59,225 nucleotides of DNA from Bacteroidia bacterium (GTDB lineage: Bacteria; Bacteroidota; Bacteroidia; AKYH767-A; OLB10), in the NCBI GenBank assembly GCA_017995075.1, contig JAGOJO010000002.1:30319-89543 (forward strand), written 5' to 3'. The notes under the pieces are model-generated. The model ran no database searches. It had not been told where the DNA came from and worked only from the letters and a program-made list of their open reading frames with translations. This document shows positions 53,488 through 59,225 of the stretch, in pieces (positions within the stretch are counted from its first letter, which is position 1; every line of letters starts with the position of its first letter). The position numbers and the translations under genes are program-made.

Positions 53488-56400
53488 TTATTTGATTACG
53501 TTGAATCGTTTTACAGCTACTTTATCATTCGTGATCAACTGTAGGAAATACATACCTGCATCAAGTGATTGTATGTTTACCTGAACACGGTTTCCATAGT
53601 TCATTGGATTTTCAGCCATGACCAACTTTCCGCTCATATCAGTTATCTGAATTGCGTCGATCGACATCGTTTCTGAAAGTTCAACAGTTAGTTGTTCAAT
53701 TGCCGGATTCGGATACACCTGTGAAATAAGCGAATTGTCATTTTCATTTATTCCGGTGGTGATAGGGAAGGCAATTACTGTTCCATCTCCTAATGCTGCA
53801 TACAATCCGAAGTCAGCTCCGTTCTGGTTAGCTGCTGGGTTGAGGAAGCCGGATGCAAACACTGTTGCTGTTCCGCCAGTGAGTCCGCTCAGATTGGCAG
53901 TGTATGCTGCTACAACTGTGCTGTTATTGTTACCTGGAGTGATTTGCAATGTATAAGCTGCCGGACTTACACTCAGGTATGGAGTGATGTCGGTATAAGC
54001 TGCGTTGTCAACAATTACTCCTACTCCTGCTGCAACAACATCAACCGTTGGCGCATCTGTAGAACCATGCACTACGCGGAATTCTACGTTGGCAGTATTC
54101 GCTGCTGCTTCACGCATTTCATCCTGCAGTAAGAGGGTGAAGCCGGTTGGACGTCCATCAGGATTTACAGCAAATGATGCAGGTGTTAAAACCCCACTCG
54201 CAATTGCTGTATATGTTCCTCCGTTTGCGAAAGTAACATTGTAGCTTACCAGTGTGTCGTTATAGCTGGTAGAATTTTTAGGAGCAATTCCAATGTTTAC
54301 CGGAGCATCTCCAATGATGTCAATATAAGGAGTTGCTGTACGGAAGGCGAAATTGTCAAGCGCAATGTTGCCTCCGATGTAAACGTCAACACTGTCAGCA
54401 ATCGGATCAGCGCAGTTGTGAATTACCTGTAATCTTGCTACACTGGTTTGTGGTAACTGGAGTACAGTTCCATCTGGTGCTGCTGCAAACAATCCGAAGG
54501 CTTCTCCATTTTGATTCGCTGCCGGATTAAGGAATCCAGAGGCAAATACAACGAGAGCAGCGTCTGCAACCGGAGTAAGTGCAGCCTGATAACTTGCTAC
54601 GATAGTATTGGTGCCTGCTGCTTTAACATCTAAGAGATAAGAGTTGGCAGGTACACTGATGTAACCGGTGAAGTCGGTGTATGCTGCATTGTTTACAAGT
54701 GTCGCTACACCACGTGCAACTACATCTACAGCAGGTGCATCAGTAGCTCCATGCAATACTCTGAAATCCACATTTCCGGATACTTCTGCTGATTCACTCA
54801 TTCCGGATGAAAGTATCAATTGGAAGGCTGTAGATACAGCATTTGGGTTCGTAGCGAAGTTGGCTGGAGTTAGTACTCCGTTTGCAATCGCTACATATGA
54901 TTCTCCATTCGCTAATGTAACAGGGATATTCACCAGAGTATCGTTGATAGATGAAGAGGTGGACGGTGCAATACCAATGTTTAATACTGTATTGGATGGT
55001 ACATCCAGGTATGGAGTTGCTTTACGGAATTCAAAATCGTTAATAGACAATGCGCCGTTGATGTAGATGTCAACACTGGCAGCAGCAGGATCCGCAGCAT
55101 TGTGAATGACCTGTAAGCGTGAATTGCTGGTGTCGTTTAATGCCAGTACAGTACCGTCAGGAAGTGCAGCAAATAATCCAAAGGCTTCTCCATTCTGGTT
55201 GGCTGAAGGGGTGAGGAACCCGGATGCAAATACAACCGCAGCACCGCCAGCAAGTCCTGATAATGGTGCATAATAGGTGGAAAGAATTGGTGTACCTGCT
55301 GATGGTGTAATGTCAATGAGATAGTCGGAAGGAGGTACACTGAGATATCCGGCAAGATCCGTGTATGCTGCGCTGTCAACAAGCTGTGCTACTCCACGAG
55401 CATATACATCTACTGCAGGTGCATCGGTAGCGCCATGTAAGATGGCCAGATCTACATCGCCTGCATTTTGTGCAGCTTCCTGCATACCGTTAAACAACAG
55501 TAATTGAAATGCTGTGCTGATTCCTTCCGGATTGGCAGCAAATGATCCTGGTGTAAGAACGCCATTTGCAACAGCTACATAGGTTTCTCCATCGTTGAGC
55601 AATACAGGAATATTTACGAGTGTATCATTGGCGCTGGTGCTGGTAGATGGGGCAATTCCAATGTTTTGGGTAGCTCCCGAGGTAATGTCAATGAATGGAG
55701 TTGCAGAGCGGAATGCAAAATCATCCAATAAAATACTTCCGTTCAGGTATACATCGACCAGGGCTGCACCTGGATCTGCTGCATTGTGAATGACCTGGAT
55801 ACGCGCTGTTCCTGTTGGATTTAACGGTACTACATCACCGTTAGCGAAGGCTGCATATAATCCAAATCCTTCTCCATTTTGGTTCTGAACAGGATCCAGG
55901 TAACCTGATGCAAATACTACTGCTGATGCTCCTGCTACACCGGAAAGTTCTGCTGAATAAGTTGCAATTACCTGCGAGTTGTTGTTGCCGGGTGTGAGAT
56001 CAAGAAGATAATCTGCGGCCGGTACACTGATATAGCCAGTAAGATCAGTATATGCAGCGTCATTAACTAATGTGGCTACTCCTTGTGCAATTACATCTAC
56101 AGTAGGGGCATCCGTTGAACCATGGAGAACGCGGAAGTCTACTTCTCCTGCATTTAATGCTGCAGTGCGCATACCATCACTCAATAATACCTGAAAGCCT
56201 GTTGGACGACCATCAGGATTTGCTGCAAAAGAGGAGGGAGTAAGTACTCCACTTGCAATAGCAACATATTTTTCGTTGGCTTGTAATACTACCGGAATGT
56301 TGACCAGCGTGTCATTTACTGTTGAGCTGGTAGATGGTGCAATTCCGATGTTTAAAGGTAATCCCGATGGAACCGGGAGATACGATGTTGCTGTACGGAA

Positions 56401-56562
56401 AGCAAAATCGTTAAGTGTCAGGTTGCCGTTTACATAAACGTCAACTAATGCAGCAGCCGGATCAGCACAGTTGTGAATTACCTGTAATTCGGCTTGTGCC
56501 TGACTCTTTAATGCAATGCCGCTGCATAACATGAAAGCGAGTAAAAGTTTGTGTTTTTTCAT
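53488..56562 (-). CDS. Secreted protein with four ~228-aa super-repeats (eight DUF4397-like domains) and a T9SS C-terminal sorting domain
   Basis: ORF 53488..56667. The start is set at ATG 56562 (MKKHKLLLAFMLCSGIALKSQAQ). LQVIHN(C/A)ADP units recur every ~684 nt. The C-terminus has a VYPNPAIEQLTVEL...GMYFLQL Por tail. Confidence 0.8.
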   Translation of the reverse strand: MKKHKLLLAFMLCSGIALKSQAQAELQVIHNCADPAAALVDVYVNGNLTLNDFAFRTATSYLPVPSGLPLNIGIAPSTSSTVNDTLVNIPVVLQANEKYVAIASGVLTPSSFAANPDGRPTGFQVLLSDGMRTAALNAGEVDFRVLHGSTDAPTVDVIAQGVATLVNDAAYTDLTGYISVPAADYLLDLTPGNNNSQVIATYSAELSGVAGASAVVFASGYLDPVQNQNGEGFGLYAAFANGDVVPLNPTGTARIQVIHNAADPGAALVDVYLNGSILLDDFAFRSATPFIDITSGATQNIGIAPSTSTSANDTLVNIPVLLNDGETYVAVANGVLTPGSFAANPEGISTAFQLLLFNGMQEAAQNAGDVDLAILHGATDAPAVDVYARGVAQLVDSAAYTDLAGYLSVPPSDYLIDITPSAGTPILSTYYAPLSGLAGGAAVVFASGFLTPSANQNGEAFGLFAALPDGTVLALNDTSNSRLQVIHNAADPAAASVDIYINGALSINDFEFRKATPYLDVPSNTVLNIGIAPSTSSSINDTLVNIPVTLANGESYVAIANGVLTPANFATNPNAVSTAFQLILSSGMSESAEVSGNVDFRVLHGATDAPAVDVVARGVATLVNNAAYTDFTGYISVPANSYLLDVKAAGTNTIVASYQAALTPVADAALVVFASGFLNPAANQNGEAFGLFAAAPDGTVLQLPQTSVARLQVIHNCADPIADSVDVYIGGNIALDNFAFRTATPYIDIIGDAPVNIGIAPKNSTSYNDTLVSYNVTFANGGTYTAIASGVLTPASFAVNPDGRPTGFTLLLQDEMREAAANTANVEFRVVHGSTDAPTVDVVAAGVGVIVDNAAYTDITPYLSVSPAAYTLQITPGNNNSTVVAAYTANLSGLTGGTATVFASGFLNPAANQNGADFGLYAALGDGTVIAFPITTGINENDNSLISQVYPNPAIEQLTVELSETMSIDAIQITDMSGKLVMAENPMNYGNRVQVNIQSLDAGMYFLQLITNDKVAVKRFNVIK

Positions 56563-56885
56563 TTTAATGGATTTAGTGGTTGTTATCATGAACAACAAGA
56601 CTTGTATCTTTTTGTTAGTGATGGAATTTGTCACTATGAAAAATACCTTTAAGTCACACGAGATCAAGCAGCTGTGTCAATAATGGTTTTTTTGTGCCTT
56701 GTACTTTTTTAATACATGTTGGCATTGGAGCAATGCAACTAAACTTTTTTGTTTAACATAATGTTTATCACTCTTTTTCTGTTGTGTAGTCCTTGTCAGG
56801 TATGTGTAACAAATTCAATTTGCAGAAATATTTTATGCCAATACCGCCCGTTTTAAATGGACGGGTTTTAATTCTGTGGTAATGG

Positions 56886-57356
56886 TTAGGCGCGGATTAT
56901 TTTTTTGTCGCGAAGAAAACCGGTGGTAAGTAGAGGGGAGTCGTTGAGGTTTTTGTAGGCGGTGACATCGCATAAGAATGCAATATGATCACCGGCATCA
57001 ACGGAAGAAAGCACCTGGCAAAGTACTATGGCGCAGGAATTGACAAGGTAGGGGAACTCATGAAAGGTAGATATGGGTTCGCGAATCCTTTGTATTTTAT
57101 CGTGTTGAAATCCGGATGTTTGACCGAGTAATTTGACAACTTTGTACTGATCTGCAGAAAGCAGTTGGAGTAGAAATTTAGGATAGGCCTGTACGTTAGC
57201 GAGTGTTTTGGTGTTTTTATAAAGTCCAACTATATATCGCTTTGGCTGCATGGAAATAGCCGTTACATAAGTGGCGATGTTCATATTGCCTTTTTCCTCA
57301 TTAAGGGAAGAGACACTATACACAGGAAGTGATGGTCGATTCCAGGGTCGTTGCAT
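56886..57356 (-). CDS. Flavin reductase-like domain protein
   Basis: 156 aa. Its general pattern (NIATYVTAISMQPKRYIVGLYK...) resembles the flavin reductase / FMN-binding split-barrel family. It lies 2 nt downstream of the photolyase-family gene. Confidence 0.65.
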   Translation of the reverse strand: MQRPWNRPSLPVYSVSSLNEEKGNMNIATYVTAISMQPKRYIVGLYKNTKTLANVQAYPKFLLQLLSADQYKVVKLLGQTSGFQHDKIQRIREPISTFHEFPYLVNSCAIVLCQVLSSVDAGDHIAFLCDVTAYKNLNDSPLLTTGFLRDKKIIRA

Positions 57357-57358
57357 GT

Positions 57359-58831
57359 TTACAGTTTCTGAAGATAGTCTTCTGCAGTTTTCATGAGCTT
57401 GTTGAATCGGCCGGCTTCCATTTTTTCAACTTGCCGGACCATCATACTCATTCGCGGGTTCTTGAGAAAGAATTCTTTATGTGTGTAGATGAACCTCCAA
57501 TAGAGTGCATCCCATATTTCACACCAGGGACCTTTTTTATAATCACTCATTTTCAGCAGATAGTTTGAGCCGGAGATGTATGGCTTGGTGCTCATGATTC
57601 CTCCATCGGCAAATTGACTCATGCCATATACATTGGGCACCATTACCCAGTCATAGGAGTCAATGTACATTTCCATGAACCATTGATAGATGGCATCGGG
57701 ATGTATTTCGCAGAGGAGCATGAAGTTGCCAAGTACCATCAGCCGTTCAATATGATGTGTATACCCCGTTTCCAGTGTTCGCTGTATTGCTTTGTCTACC
57801 GGTTCAATGCCTGTTGTTCCGTTATAAAATGAGGAGGGCATAGGTCGGGTATGATTCCAAAAATTTCGGGTACGTTGTTGAACGCCCTTCTGTTCATATA
57901 CGATTCGAATGTACTCTCTCCAGCCTATTATCTGTCGGATGAAACCTTCCAGTGCATTTATTGGGACCTGGTATTTGTCCGCCGCGTTTAAGGCTTCTTC
58001 TATCACATCTTCCGGCAGCAGGAGTCCCGCATTGAGTAAAGGCGACAATACACTATGATAGAGGAAGGTTTGGTCGGAGACAATGGCGTCCTGATATATT
58101 CCAAACGATGAAAACCGTTCGCTGAAAAATAATTGCATTGCTGCCTTTGCCTGTGAATGTGTTGCAGCATAATATAACGGTGACGAATTACCGTAGTGAT
58201 GGTTGAAGTTGTTCTGAATATATTGTCGTGCTTCGATAGTTCTTTTTTCTTCAGCCGGAAACCGGTATTCGGGTGGTAATAGGCCTTTGGGTAATTTTTT
58301 TCTATTCTCTGTGTCGAAGGTCCACTTGCCGCCTTCCGGTTCTCCATTGGTTGTTAGTATGTTCAGCCTTTTGCGTTGTTCGATATAAAACTCGGTGAGG
58401 AAATAACGCTTTTTGTTTTTGAAGTATTCTTTCCCGTAATTTCCGGTGCAAACAAATCCGGGAGATTCACTGATTTGTAACCGGATGTTTAGCAATGCTG
58501 CTTCTCGTTTATACTTTCGGAGTAGATAGTCGTCAATTGGATCTGCAAGGAACAGTTCTTCGATGCCTTCATTGCTCCAAGTTGACATGAGTGTGCCGGT
58601 GGTGGCATCGCAGCAATCAATGTACTTTACACTAAAACCTTTTTCAAGCAGAAAACTTTCATAGGCTTTCATGCTCGAACGGTGGAAAAGGAGTTTTTGT
58701 TTATGAAAGGGATATTGGGAGAAGAAAAGTGGATCTTCTATCAGGTAAACGGGGACTCCTGCCGGCAGATGTACAGAGGCTTCGAAGAGTTGATGGGGGA
58801 AGACAATAGATGCTTTAGTCACAACCTCCAA
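57359..58831 (-). CDS. Cryptochrome/photolyase-family protein (COG3046-type photolyase-related)
   Basis: 490 aa. The N-terminal IVFPHQLF...LIEDPLFF and the C-terminal GFIRQIIGWREY...HHIERLMVLGNF...WFMEMYIDSYDWVMVPNVYGMSQFADGG are characteristic of the family. Confidence 0.85.
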   Translation of the reverse strand: MEVVTKASIVFPHQLFEASVHLPAGVPVYLIEDPLFFSQYPFHKQKLLFHRSSMKAYESFLLEKGFSVKYIDCCDATTGTLMSTWSNEGIEELFLADPIDDYLLRKYKREAALLNIRLQISESPGFVCTGNYGKEYFKNKKRYFLTEFYIEQRKRLNILTTNGEPEGGKWTFDTENRKKLPKGLLPPEYRFPAEEKRTIEARQYIQNNFNHHYGNSSPLYYAATHSQAKAAMQLFFSERFSSFGIYQDAIVSDQTFLYHSVLSPLLNAGLLLPEDVIEEALNAADKYQVPINALEGFIRQIIGWREYIRIVYEQKGVQQRTRNFWNHTRPMPSSFYNGTTGIEPVDKAIQRTLETGYTHHIERLMVLGNFMLLCEIHPDAIYQWFMEMYIDSYDWVMVPNVYGMSQFADGGIMSTKPYISGSNYLLKMSDYKKGPWCEIWDALYWRFIYTHKEFFLKNPRMSMMVRQVEKMEAGRFNKLMKTAEDYLQKL

Positions 58832-58862
58832 ACAATTTCGAAGTTCGATTGTTTATCTGATT

Positions 58863-59225
58863 ATGGAAAAACTGAACGGGAAAAAGGTGTTGGTGACCGG
58901 CGCCAGTGGTGCAATTGGTTCAGCAGTGGTAAAACAGTTGGCTGCTTCAGGTGCGTTGGTTTTTATTACAGGAAGAGATGCTGAAAGATTACAACAATCT
59001 GCTGATGAGTCTGGTATTCCGCCGGAAAGAATGGTGATTGCTGATTTGTCCAATGAAACCGATTGCAGATTTCTGGCAGATAGAGTTAATCTTGATGGTA
59101 GACCTTTAGATATATTAGTAAATGCTGCGGGTATCGGAATAATAAAACCATTTGAGCAATTATCAACCAACGATTTTGAGCGGAGTATGCAAATAAATTT
59201 TTTCGCAGCTGTACGTTTGTTGCAT
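58863..59225 (+). CDS. Short-chain dehydrogenase/reductase (SDR), 5' partial, running off the window end
   Basis: This ORF is not in the supplied track because it is open-ended. My own translation is MEKLNGKKVLVTGASGAIGSAVVKQL...LVNAAGIG, showing the TGxxxGxG and NAAG motifs. Confidence 0.8.
   Translation, partial: MEKLNGKKVLVTGASGAIGSAVVKQLAASGALVFITGRDAERLQQSADESGIPPERMVIADLSNETDCRFLADRVNLDGRPLDILVNAAGIGIIKPFEQLSTNDFERSMQINFFAAVRLLH

Noticed and set aside
53735-55789. Multiple 62-132-aa plus-strand ORFs opposite the DUF4397 gene
   Set aside because: They are antisense to a 1024-aa repeat protein with a signal peptide and a T9SS tail. They recur only because the underlying DNA is repeated.
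56847-56865. CCCGT/ACGGG hairpin as the terminator of the flavin reductase operon
   Set aside because: It has only a 5-bp stem and a poor U-tract on the relevant (minus) strand, which is too weak to call.
58853-59170. 105-aa minus-strand ORF
   Set aside because: The plus strand here encodes a textbook SDR N-terminus (TGASGAIG, NAAG). The minus-strand ORF has no recognisable features.
1-59225. tRNA, rRNA, prophage, integrase or defence-system genes (RM, CBASS, retron, TA and similar)
   Set aside because: I scanned all intergenic regions longer than 70 nt and all ORFs longer than 100 aa. I saw no cloverleaf with tRNA dimensions, no rRNA-like conserved blocks, and no nuclease, ATPase, RT or integrase signatures.

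Overview
This is a 59.2-kb chromosomal segment from a member of the Bacteroidota. Evidence for that placement: three proteins carry T9SS (Por) C-terminal sorting domains, many genes are preceded by the Bacteroidetes-type TAnnTTTG -7 promoter box, there is a CarboxypepD_reg-type TonB receptor, and there is a FISUMP-domain protein. I cannot place it more precisely. I support about 49 protein genes. Most are housekeeping: nadB, ctaB plus caa3-oxidase accessory subunits with SCO and DUF420, an isocitrate dehydrogenase, recJ, ileS, a dksA-like gene, lspA, rimP-nusA-infB, a nucleoside transporter, an S46 peptidase, and a SulP transporter with a beta-carbonic anhydrase. I recognised no rRNA, tRNA, CRISPR array, transposase or integrase. 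Three things stand out. (1) Two direct copies of a ~200-nt element bracket a T9SS cargo gene (23.85-24.05 kb and 25.26-25.46 kb). On paper each folds into a gapless four-way junction (cloverleaf). It is preceded by a hairpin whose stem sequence differs completely between copies while its apical 14 nt are identical. (2) Four large intergenic islands are filled with phased, degenerate short-period tandem arrays (7-, 8-, 9- and 10-nt periods). They include an inverted pair of decamer arrays that starts on the first base after the infB stop codon and ends beside a four-helix-bundle (23S-IVS/Avd-like) gene. (3) There is a putative FNR-controlled nitrosative or low-oxygen stress cluster at 30.8-37.9 kb. 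It encodes a Cys-cluster Fnr-like regulator, a group III truncated haemoglobin, the RIC di-iron protein, and a tyrosine-phenol-lyase-like enzyme translationally coupled to a cytochrome c and an atypical NorB-like haem-copper oxidoreductase. A 594-aa unknown protein with nitronate-monooxygenase-like motif order sits on the other arm. All functional calls come from motif recognition by eye. No database search was run.
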